A stretch of 64,000 nt of DNA from an uncultured Chthoniobacter sp. (lineage in GTDB: Bacteria; Verrucomicrobiota; Verrucomicrobiia; Chthoniobacterales; UBA6821). Shown here piece after piece: positions 47,690 through 55,181 of this stretch (the stretch's first letter is position 1; each line of letters opens with the position of its first letter). A model generated the notes under the pieces. That model was not told where the DNA came from. It did not search any database and saw only the letters and a program-made list of their open reading frames with translations. The translations under genes were made by a program, and so were the position numbers. The stretch covers positions 105,741 through 169,740 of the forward strand of contig CAYOAN010000006.1 of the NCBI GenBank assembly GCA_964402065.1, read 5' to 3'.

Positions 47690-47808
47690 GGGGTCAGTCC
47701 CTGATATTGCGTATTTTTGTGCCAGTTTATGATATATTTTAGATGCCATGAACTGATACCAAATATCATAGAGTGCCCCCGAAATACGCAATATCAGGGA
47801 CTGACCCC
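47690..47808. mobile_element. Family-A MITE-like palindromic element (119 bp)
   Basis: 27-bp perfect terminal inverted repeats GGGGTCAGTCCCTGATATTGCGTATTT ... AAATACGCAATATCAGGGACTGACCCC. The interior is also partly palindromic (TATGATAT/ATATCATA). It has no coding capacity. Confidence 0.8.
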
Positions 47809-47812
47809 TTCC

Positions 47813-48067
47813 TTTTACGCAGCTTCTGTCTTGCTGAGGCCTGAAGTGAAAGCTCATATTGATTACAGAGGCTATGGACCTCAGATTAATATTAATTCCG
47901 GAAATGTGCCTCGACTTCATAGCTACCACAATATTACCGGCGCTCATGATTTGGTTGGTACCGTATTAAATCCGCATGCTTACTGGGATAGCGTCATTCC
48001 TCAAAGTCCATTACATCCACTCGACAATCATAGTTTTAAGAAAACATATGCTCCTGAAGCTTATTAA
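47813..48067 (+). pseudogene. Truncated copy of the Rhs toxin C-terminus (last ~85 codons), orphan fragment 1
   Basis: FYAASVLLRPEVKAHIDYRGYGPQININSGNVPRLHSYHNITGAHDLVGTVLNPHAYWDSVIPQSPLHPLDNHSFKKTYAPEAY matches rhs residues 3179 onward. Homology begins exactly at the MITE right end. The Ser elbow is missing. Confidence 0.8.
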
Positions 48068-48081
48068 AGAGCAACGCCCTT

Positions 48082-48579
48082 ATGATCATGCGATTTATTA
48101 TTCTTAGTTTGGCTTTGTTATGTAGTGGCTGTTCTATCACCAAAAATATCAGCAATCAGCCTCCCTATAATCAGTGCATTGGTAAGAAATTTATTCTGAA
48201 GGAAGATATGTATATTTTTAAAGATGACGATACCTCTCTATACTCAATCGCCCCTCAAGATGCTGGAATTAATAACCTGCCTCGTTTCATTGATCCCAAG
48301 TATATTGGCAGGCATATACATAGTCTTACAGTTACAACGATCATTCCAAAAGGAAATGTTTTTACTATTATAAAAGTAATCATAAAAAAAACTTTTGAGC
48401 TATCTTACACAGACTATTTAATATCTTTTGACGATTTTCAATTTACTAAAAAAGGTCTTCTTTCAGGTCAAATATTAAACCTAAATAACCCTCCCTACAC
48501 GCCTCATTGGTCCGATCCCCCAATCTTTGAAGCCAAATTTGCAGAGCCATTACCAAGTGATGGAGTTTGGTGGAAATAA
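48082..48579 (+). CDS. Putative immunity protein 2 (paralogue)
   Basis: 165 aa. The first ~47 and last 23 residues are almost identical to immunity protein 1. The central part has diverged. Confidence 0.6.
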   Translation: MIMRFIILSLALLCSGCSITKNISNQPPYNQCIGKKFILKEDMYIFKDDDTSLYSIAPQDAGINNLPRFIDPKYIGRHIHSLTVTTIIPKGNVFTIIKVIIKKTFELSYTDYLISFDDFQFTKKGLLSGQILNLNNPPYTPHWSDPPIFEAKFAEPLPSDGVWWK

Positions 48580-48597
48580 AAAAGGCTTTCTAAAAAA

Positions 48598-48716
48598 GGG
48601 GTCAGTCCCTGATATTGCGTATTTTTGTGCCAGTTTATGATATATTTTAGATGCCATGAACTGATACCAAATATCATAGAGTGCCCCCGAAATACGCAAT
48701 ATCAGGGACTGACCCC
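48598..48716. mobile_element. Family-A MITE-like palindromic element (119 bp), second full copy
   Basis: Same TIRs and interior as 47690-47808. A short tandem duplication of the end sequence (CTGACCCCTTCC TCTGACCCCTTCC) follows at 48708-48733. Confidence 0.8.
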
Positions 48717-48733
48717 TTCCTCTGACCCCTTCC

Positions 48734-49003
48734 TTTTACGCAGCTTCTGTCTTGCTGAGGCCTGAAGTGAAAGCTCATATTGATTACAGAGGCTATGGAC
48801 CTCAGATTAATATTAATTCCGGAAATGTGCCTCGACTTCATAGCTACCACAATATTACCGGTGCTCATGATTTGGTTGGTACCGTGTTAAATCCAAATGC
48901 TCATTGGGATCGAGTGATACCTCAAAGTCCATTACATCCACTCGATAATCACAGTTTTAAGAAAACTTATGCTCCAGATGTTTTAAAAATGATGACCTTA
49001 TGA
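48734..49003 (+). pseudogene. Truncated copy of the Rhs toxin C-terminus, orphan fragment 2
   Basis: ..LLRPEVKAHIDYRGYGPQININSGNVPRLHSYHNITGAHDLVGTVLNPNAHWDRVIPQSPLHPLDNHSFKKTYAPDVLKMMTL. It has the same breakpoint as fragment 1 and keeps the ATGA overlap with the next immunity gene. Confidence 0.8.
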
Positions 49004-49512
49004 TAGCAAGATTGATTATTCTTAGTTTGGCTTTGGCATGTAGTGGCTGTTCTATCACCAAAAATATCAGCAATCAGCCTCCGTATAATCAGTGCATTGG
49101 CAAGAAATTTATTCTTAAAGAGGATATGTATATTTTTAAATTTCATGGCAGCTTTCAAGGTGCTATAGCAAGGCCTAATAACGGAATGATGGGATTACCT
49201 CGCTATGTAAATAAGAAATATTTAGAGGATGATCATTTTGGAAAAAATAATCATTACCTTACTATTTTAGGCATCGTTCCAAAAGGGAGTATTTTTACCA
49301 TTATAACAGTTATTAATAGACGAACCTTTGAGGGTGCTTATGTCGATTTTCTAATAGATTTTGATGACTTCCCTATTACAAAAAAAGGATTGTTATCAAT
49401 AGATATATGCAATCTTAAAAACCCTCCCTACACGCCTCATTGGTCCGATCCCCCAATCTTTGAAGCCAAATTTGCAGAGCCATTACCAAGTGATGGAGTT
49501 TGGTGGAAATAG
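49000..49512 (+). CDS. Putative immunity protein 3 (paralogue, mosaic of 1 and 2)
   Basis: 170 aa. It shares KKYLE.D.FGK.N.YLTILGIVPKGSIF with protein 1, and FDDF..TKKGLLS / NPPYTPHWSDPP with protein 2. Confidence 0.6.
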   Translation: MIARLIILSLALACSGCSITKNISNQPPYNQCIGKKFILKEDMYIFKFHGSFQGAIARPNNGMMGLPRYVNKKYLEDDHFGKNNHYLTILGIVPKGSIFTIITVINRRTFEGAYVDFLIDFDDFPITKKGLLSIDICNLKNPPYTPHWSDPPIFEAKFAEPLPSDGVWWK

Positions 49513-49517
49513 AAAAA

Positions 49518-49791
49518 GGGTCAGTACTAGCTAATTCATGAGCAGAGCGATGCATTGCAGGAGAGAGCTCTTTGCTACTCGAGAAAGAAAAAGGCTTTCC
49601 AACTAGTTCTACAATCAAAACCAAACTCAGCAACCTTTACTTGAAGCTAGAAGAAAGATGCTTATTTTCATCAAATGCTCTGCTCCAGCTCTAGAAAAAC
49701 CCAGCCTCTGAGCCAGATTCAAAAAACTAATGAACTGGCACCAAATATCATAGACTGGCACCAAAATACGCAATATCAGGGACTGACCCCT
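49518..49791. mobile_element. Family-A element, long/degenerate copy
   Basis: Degenerate left end GGGTCAGTACTAG at 49518. Intact right arm ATGAACTGGCACCAAATATCATAGACTGGCACCAAAATACGCAATATCAGGGACTGACCCC ends at 49791. About 200 bp of unrelated sequence lies between them. Confidence 0.55.
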
Positions 49792-49798
49792 TTGCACT

Positions 49799-50206
49799 CT
49801 ATTGAATATTCACAATAAAGGTGACAATTTTTTGGAGTGGAAAAGAACGGTCAGGGCCTGTTTGCAGAAGAGCAAATGTTATCTGGCCACTGTTAGCTGC
49901 AGTAAAAACATCCGATCTCACCGTGCCTGTGTAGTTTTGCATAGCAGCTTCTGCATCCTTTGATAAAAGTGCAGCAGAAGGATCGTTGGCTAGTATTGCT
50001 GAGTCAGCAAAAGCAATATTTATCGGCCAGAACATCCAACTTCCTGAAGAGCTGCTCTTCAATAAAAAAGTAAGCGTGTCTCCCTTGTTAACGAAGATGG
50101 GAGCTGCTGCATCAGCTTCGGTGAATGTCTTGCTTTCAGCGTGCAAGGCAGAAGGAAGGAAGGCTACACAAAATGAAAAAAAGAGAGAAAGGAGCGTTGA
50201 TTTCAT
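49799..50206 (-). CDS. Hypothetical exported protein
   Basis: The start is taken at MKSTLLSLFFSFCVAFLPSALHA (M24 of the track ORF). No family recognised. Confidence 0.45.
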   Translation of the reverse strand: MKSTLLSLFFSFCVAFLPSALHAESKTFTEADAAAPIFVNKGDTLTFLLKSSSSGSWMFWPINIAFADSAILANDPSAALLSKDAEAAMQNYTGTVRSDVFTAANSGQITFALLQTGPDRSFPLQKIVTFIVNIQ

Positions 50207-50243
50207 AACTACGAAGCCTCTATCAAGTAAAAATTTTGTCAAA

Positions 50244-51041
50244 CTAAAACACGAAAGGGATTCCTTCATGAGCAAATCCCTCTTTTTGCTTTGAAAGATA
50301 GTGGGCGCCTAGCTTTTCAAAGCCTTTTTCTTCACGAAAAGTTTTGAGAAACTGGTTTATTTGATTTCTTAACTCTATGTCAGACTGACGGAGGCCAATG
50401 GCCCAAGGTTCTTGCTGCAGAGAAGAAAGCAAGGCTCTTGTTTGAAGGGGATGTTCTTCATGGTGGTTCCAGATGCTCATTTCATCGTAGAGAAATGCAT
50501 CTACTTTTTTTTGGAGGACTTCCAGAACCGCAGCAGCTTCCTGATCGAAGACAATGATGCTAGCTTCTGACAAATTTTTTTGCGCCCACAATTGGCCTGT
50601 GGTTCCTTGGCGTACAGCTATCTTTTTGCTGATGTGATTTAAGTCTTGGATGTTCTTGATGTTAGCGTCTTGTGGGACGAGAGCGCCAAGACCAATGGTC
50701 AAGTAGGGATCAGAAAAAGCAATGCTCTTCCGCCGTTCTGGTGTGTCTGTCATCGAAGAAATAACAAGGTCGATTTTTCCTGTTTGGAGCGAAGGGAGTA
50801 GTCCAACAAAAGGAATGTTTTCGATTTTTAAGGGGCGATGCAAGTAATCGCTTAAAGCCCGCGCTATTGAAACGCTGATTCCATCAGGTTCGCCACGTTC
50901 ATTGATCATTTCAAATGGGGGATACGAAAGATCCATGCCGACGCGTAGTGGCATTTCCTGGGGCGGGCGATGACAGCCTGTCAAAAATAGAAAAGCAAGA
51001 ATAGCAGTAAAACGAAGGCAATAGCTAATAAGCAAAGACAT
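50244..51041 (-). CDS. Amino-acid ABC transporter substrate-binding lipoprotein (SBP family 3)
   Basis: Lipobox FLFLTGC. GMDLSYPPFE, IDLVISSMTDTPERRKSIAFSDPY. The start is taken at M24 of the track ORF. Confidence 0.85.
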   Translation of the reverse strand: MSLLISYCLRFTAILAFLFLTGCHRPPQEMPLRVGMDLSYPPFEMINERGEPDGISVSIARALSDYLHRPLKIENIPFVGLLPSLQTGKIDLVISSMTDTPERRKSIAFSDPYLTIGLGALVPQDANIKNIQDLNHISKKIAVRQGTTGQLWAQKNLSEASIIVFDQEAAAVLEVLQKKVDAFLYDEMSIWNHHEEHPLQTRALLSSLQQEPWAIGLRQSDIELRNQINQFLKTFREEKGFEKLGAHYLSKQKEGFAHEGIPFVF

Positions 51042-51771
51042 TGGCAAGAAACTTTTTGACGCGGGGATGTTGAGGACGATTAAAAAAGGAATCAGCATTA
51101 CCCTGCTCAAGAATCATCCCATTTTCGACAAACAGAAGTTCCTCTGCACAGGCTCTAGCAAAATTCATTTCGTGAGTTACTAATACAATAGGCGTTTCCA
51201 TTGTTTTTAATTCATTGATGAGATCTAAGATTTCCACTTTCATTTCCACATCAAGGGAAGCAGTTGGCTCATCTAAAAGCAAGAAACGTGGTTTTGTGAC
51301 CAAGGCCCGAGCAATTGCAACGCGCTGCGCTTGACCGCCGGAGAGTTGATGGGGCTTTTTGGAAGCATGTTGGAAGATTTTTAGCCGTTGCATGATCGCG
51401 CTGGCTTTTTCTTGAGCTATAGCTGGTTTTTCAGCATGAACCAAGGTCAAGGGAAGCATGATATTTTCGAGAGCGGTGTAATGGGGAAAAAGATTTTGCT
51501 GTTGAAAAACGAAGCCAAGATTTTTTTGATACTCGTGCAACCATCTTGACGCATTGAATTGAATGGCTTCCCCATCAACCATGATCTCTCCGCAGTCAGG
51601 AAGTTCGAGGCCTGCGAGTAGCCGTAGCAAGGTTGTTTTACCACTCCCGCTGCTACCGACAAAAGCGAGGACATGATGAAACTCGACAGAAAAAGAGAGG
51701 TCATGAAAAAGCTCGATCGTGTGCCGACCTGCAATAAAACTTTTATTAAGATGAGAAACGGAAATTTTCAT
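51025..51771 (-). CDS. Amino-acid ABC transporter ATP-binding protein
   Basis: Walker A GSSGSGKTTLLRLL, signature LSGGQAQRVAIARAL, Walker B LLLDEPTASLD. The start is at M34, giving an ATGA overlap with the permease stop. Confidence 0.9.
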   Translation of the reverse strand: MKISVSHLNKSFIAGRHTIELFHDLSFSVEFHHVLAFVGSSGSGKTTLLRLLAGLELPDCGEIMVDGEAIQFNASRWLHEYQKNLGFVFQQQNLFPHYTALENIMLPLTLVHAEKPAIAQEKASAIMQRLKIFQHASKKPHQLSGGQAQRVAIARALVTKPRFLLLDEPTASLDVEMKVEILDLINELKTMETPIVLVTHEMNFARACAEELLFVENGMILEQGNADSFFNRPQHPRVKKFLANVFAY

Positions 51772-52511
51772 AAGGCCCATTTTTTTTCTAAGCATCGACT
51801 TCCTATCGAGAGAGGTAATGTGAGGAGTAAATAACCACATGCTAAGGGAAAGTAGCTCTCTAAAGTGCAATAGGTGGCTGCGTTCACTTGTTGTGCTGCC
51901 ATTGTAAGCTCCCTAATTCCAATAATAGAAAGGAGAGAAGAATCCTTAATGAGAGAAGCAAGTTGACCGGTCAAGGCTGGCGATAGCTGGCGCAATACTT
52001 GAGGTAAGATCACGTAACGATACGTTTGAAATCGCGTTAAGCCCAAAATTTTTGCAGATTCCCATTGTGATAATGGAATCGCATCAATACCTCCGCGAAT
52101 CATTTCCGCCGTATAGGCGCTGCTAAAAAGCGAGAGAATGAAAATACCGACGAGGAATCGGTTGTCGAATCCGATTCCATGAGCGACCACATAAAACAAG
52201 AAAAGAATTTGCGTGAGCAAAGGAGTGCCGCGGACGATTTCAACAAGAGCGAGGGCGGTTGCGCGAAGTGTTAAAAAAGAAGATCGACGAGCCATTACAA
52301 TGAGGATGCCCAATACGCTGCTAAGAAAAAGTGCCGCAATGGCAATCATGACAGTTTCAAGCCAGCCCTTCCAAAAAACAGCGCGGTATCGCCAGACTAC
52401 TTCCCAGTGAAGTGACGCACGCGTACTTTCTGCCAAGAAAAAAAAGCAGACAAAAGAAAAAAGAAGAAAGGCGATGAGTAGGGAAATGAGAGAGCAGCGG
52501 CGCGCAGTCAT
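51768..52511 (-). CDS. Amino-acid ABC transporter permease
   Basis: 247 aa and polytopic, HisM/GlnP-type (GTPLLTQILFLFY; EAA-like region ESAKILGLTRFQTYRYVILPQ). Confidence 0.85.
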   Translation of the reverse strand: MTARRCSLISLLIAFLLFSFVCFFFLAESTRASLHWEVVWRYRAVFWKGWLETVMIAIAALFLSSVLGILIVMARRSSFLTLRATALALVEIVRGTPLLTQILFLFYVVAHGIGFDNRFLVGIFILSLFSSAYTAEMIRGGIDAIPLSQWESAKILGLTRFQTYRYVILPQVLRQLSPALTGQLASLIKDSSLLSIIGIRELTMAAQQVNAATYCTLESYFPLACGYLLLTLPLSIGSRCLEKKWAL

Positions 52512-52611
52512 GGCGTAAGATAGTGAAGAGTAAAAGCTGGAGGGTAAAGCGTCTTTAGAGTAAATATTTAAACTTCACTCCTGTTCCTTGACTCTTTACT
52601 CTTTATCGACC

Positions 52612-53091
52612 ATGGATGCCTTGCTTCAACTATTACAAAGAGATGATCGAACCTCTCCAGCAGAGTTGGCTCGTCGACTTAATATTTCGGAAAAAGAGGT
52701 TGTTGCGAAAATTCGCGATTGGGAATCTGACGGAACGATTCTCGGTTATCATGCAGTTGTTGACCGAGAACGAGTCGATCCCGACCTTGTCACAGCTGTG
52801 ATTGAGGTAAAAGTAACGCCCGATCGAGAAGGGGGATTTGACCACACGGCGCAGCGCATTGCTCGTTTTGAGCAAGTGGAGAGCGTTTACTTAATGAGTG
52901 GTGGGTATGATGTGCTCGTGATTGTTCATGGGCAATCATTACGCGAGGTGGCCAATTTTATTACCAATAAACTGAGCGCGATGGAGGGAGTGGAGTCATG
53001 TACGACACGCTTTCGGCTCAAGACCTACAAAGAAAATGGAGTCCTCCATGGCATGGAAGAAAAGTGTGAGCGGCTCGCTGTTGCTCCGTAA
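52612..53091 (+). CDS. lrp: Lrp/AsnC family transcriptional regulator
   Basis: HTH LLQRDDRTSPAELARRLNISEKEVVAKIRDWESDGTILGY plus an RAM/AsnC_trans_reg domain. The ATG at 52612 is preferred over the TTG at 52588. Confidence 0.85.
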   Translation: MDALLQLLQRDDRTSPAELARRLNISEKEVVAKIRDWESDGTILGYHAVVDRERVDPDLVTAVIEVKVTPDREGGFDHTAQRIARFEQVESVYLMSGGYDVLVIVHGQSLREVANFITNKLSAMEGVESCTTRFRLKTYKENGVLHGMEEKCERLAVAP

Positions 53092-53221
53092 GCAACTTTA
53101 CAGGCTTTAGAAATAGCTAATAGGAATGAAAGTAATCAGTTGGAACAATAAATTTCGTTAAAATTTTAACAGGGACAAAAGAGATAAATAGAATTGTTTT
53201 TATGAGTGAGCTCGATTTTCC

Positions 53222-53254
53222 TGTAACCCTCAACCTGTAATCAGAATTGCTGTT
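53222..53254 (+). repeat. Tandem degenerate heptamer leader array abutting the aminotransferase start
   Basis: TTTTCC-TGTAACC-CTCAACC-TGTAATC-AGAATTG-CTGTT-ATG. Confidence 0.5.
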
Positions 53255-54421
53255 ATGAATCGCATCGCATCTGTTGTTCAACAAATTCCTAAATCTGGCA
53301 TTCGCGATTTTTTTGATATCGTTCAGACGATGAAAGATGTCATCTCGCTTGGTATTGGTGAGCCTGATTTTGTGACGCCCTGGCATATTCGTGAGGCGGC
53401 GATCTATGCGCTGGAACGTGGAAAAACTTCGTATACTGCTAATCTTGGAAGCTTGCGTCTCCGCCATGCGATAGCGACTTATTTAGCGAAGCATCTTCAT
53501 GTTGATTATCATCCTAAAAATGAAATTCTCGTGAGTGTTGGTGTTTCAGAAGCTATCGATTTAGCCTTGCGGGCTTTGATTAATCCAGGAGATGAAGTTC
53601 TTTATCATGAACCATGTTACGTTTCCTATGGGCCTACTATCACGCTTGCAGGAGGTCGGCCTGTTCCTGTTGCAACACGCTTTGAAGAAAATTTTTCACT
53701 CAATATTGCTGACTTGGAAAAAGCAGTGACCAAGAAAACAAAAATCTTGATGCTGAATTTCCCAACTAATCCAACAGGTGCTTCCATTACCGAGGAACAA
53801 CTCATTGAGCTAGCCCGTTTTTGTGAAAAGCATGACTTGATTGTTTTATCGGATGAAATTTATAGCGAGTTAACGTACGACGAAACTATGCATCGTTCCA
53901 TTGCGGCGATCCCAGGAATGAAGGATCGGACGGTTTTATTGCATGGTGTTTCAAAGGCCTTCGCTATGACAGGTTGGCGCATTGGCTTTGCTTGCGGTCC
54001 TGCAGATATTATTGAAGCGATGATGAAAATTCATCAGTACTCGATTCTTTGTGCTCCAATCATGGGACAAGAAGCCGCAGTGGAGGCGCTAGAACGAGGC
54101 GAGTTTAGTGTAACTCAAATGCGTAATGAGTATGAACATCGTCGCAATTTTGTTGTTGCTGCCTGTCGCGACATGGATCTGCCTTGTTTAATGCCACAAG
54201 GAGCTTTCTACATTTTTCCAAATATCACGAAGTATGGAATGAAGAGCAAAGAATTTGCCCTACAATTGCTCCAAGAGAAAAAAGTAGCAGTTGTTCCTGG
54301 AAGTGCTTTTGGCGCTAGCGGAGAAGGTTTTGTGCGCTGCAGTTATGCAACGAGCATGGAAAAACTAAAGATAGCGATGAGCCGCATTGAAGAGTTCCTA
54401 GGAGAAATTCAACGAGGATAA
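53255..54421 (+). CDS. PLP-dependent aminotransferase, class I/II
   Basis: 388 aa. NPTG, SDEIY, and the PLP lysine in SKAFAMTGWRIG. Confidence 0.85.
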   Translation: MNRIASVVQQIPKSGIRDFFDIVQTMKDVISLGIGEPDFVTPWHIREAAIYALERGKTSYTANLGSLRLRHAIATYLAKHLHVDYHPKNEILVSVGVSEAIDLALRALINPGDEVLYHEPCYVSYGPTITLAGGRPVPVATRFEENFSLNIADLEKAVTKKTKILMLNFPTNPTGASITEEQLIELARFCEKHDLIVLSDEIYSELTYDETMHRSIAAIPGMKDRTVLLHGVSKAFAMTGWRIGFACGPADIIEAMMKIHQYSILCAPIMGQEAAVEALERGEFSVTQMRNEYEHRRNFVVAACRDMDLPCLMPQGAFYIFPNITKYGMKSKEFALQLLQEKKVAVVPGSAFGASGEGFVRCSYATSMEKLKIAMSRIEEFLGEIQRG

Positions 54422-54479
54422 AACGGCCTCTCCAGAGGGGCTGTTTTTATTGGTATTTTTAAGGAGATAGATTTTTTGC

Positions 54480-54514
54480 TGTAACCTCTAATCTGCTGTC
54501 TGTAACCTCCGATC
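54480..54514 (+). repeat. Tandem degenerate heptamer leader array abutting the dedA start (five in-phase units)
   Basis: TTTTTTGC-TGTAACC-TCTAATC-TGCTGTC-TGTAACC-TCCGATC-ATG. Confidence 0.55.
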
Positions 54515-55159
54515 ATGACTTTCATTCACTGGTTCCAAGAAAATTTTATTCATCTCGATAAAAGCCTCGCGCATATCGTCGATCTTTATGGGATTTGGGT
54601 TTATGCGATTCTTTTTGCCATCGTTTTTTGTGAAACAGGATTAGTGGTGACACCTTTTCTTCCTGGGGATGCCCTCCTCTTTGCTATCGGAGCCTTTGCC
54701 GCAGCTCATCCTGGAGGTGGGTTGAGCTATACCACAGCACTTGTTTTGCTCTGCCTAGCAGCGATCATCGGCAACCTCATTAACTTTGCTTTTGGAATAA
54801 GTATCGGCGGTCGCATTTTTAAAGAGCATGCAATCATCCTTAAAAAATCGTATCTCGATCGAGCACATCAATTTTTTGGAAAACATGGAGCGAAAGCTGT
54901 TATCTTAGCCCGTTTTCTCCCTATTTTTCGAACGATGATTCCTTTTGTTGCCGGCATGGCGCGTATGAATTACCGAGCCTTTTTTTCTTACACGGTGACA
55001 GGAAGTTTTTGTTGGGTTTTCTTAATGATGACCTCAGGCCTCTTTTTTGGGCGTATTCCATGGGTGCAACAGCATTTTGAAGCCGTTGTGATCGCAATCA
55101 TCCTTGTTTCAATGTTGCCAGTAGCATACGAAGGGCTTTTGCATTGGCGGAAAAAATAG
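54515..55159 (+). CDS. dedA: DedA family membrane protein
   Basis: GLVVTPFLPGDALLF plus RFLPIFRTMIPFVAGM. Confidence 0.85.
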   Translation: MTFIHWFQENFIHLDKSLAHIVDLYGIWVYAILFAIVFCETGLVVTPFLPGDALLFAIGAFAAAHPGGGLSYTTALVLLCLAAIIGNLINFAFGISIGGRIFKEHAIILKKSYLDRAHQFFGKHGAKAVILARFLPIFRTMIPFVAGMARMNYRAFFSYTVTGSFCWVFLMMTSGLFFGRIPWVQQHFEAVVIAIILVSMLPVAYEGLLHWRKK

Positions 55160-55181
55160 AGTTAGAGCATGATATAGTGTA

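Noticed and set aside
47717-47812. N-terminal part (MCQFMIYFRCHELIPNIIECPRNTQYQGLTPS) of track ORF 47717..48067
   Set aside because: This part is simply the MITE read in frame from a TTG. Only the segment from 47813 is homologous to the toxin, so it is annotated as a truncated pseudogene fragment, not a gene.
47642-48868. Minus-strand ORFs 47642..47947, 48674..48868 and 46821..47027, which share ...NIVVAMKSRHISGININLRSIASVINMSFHFRPQQ
   Set aside because: They are antisense shadows of the repeated toxin-tail sequence. Their similarity to each other is explained by the plus-strand repeats.
46893-49791. Possible CRISPR array (regularly spaced palindromic repeats)
   Set aside because: The repeats are 119 bp, not 25-40 bp. 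The 'spacers' are ~790 bp and contain homologous coding sequence. No cas genes are present.
54424-54452. Possible terminator after the aminotransferase (CGGCCTCTCCAGAGGGGCTGTTTTT)
   Set aside because: The stem is only 4-5 bp with a 2-4 nt loop when drawn out. It is too weak to list as a feature, although the T-run is suggestive.
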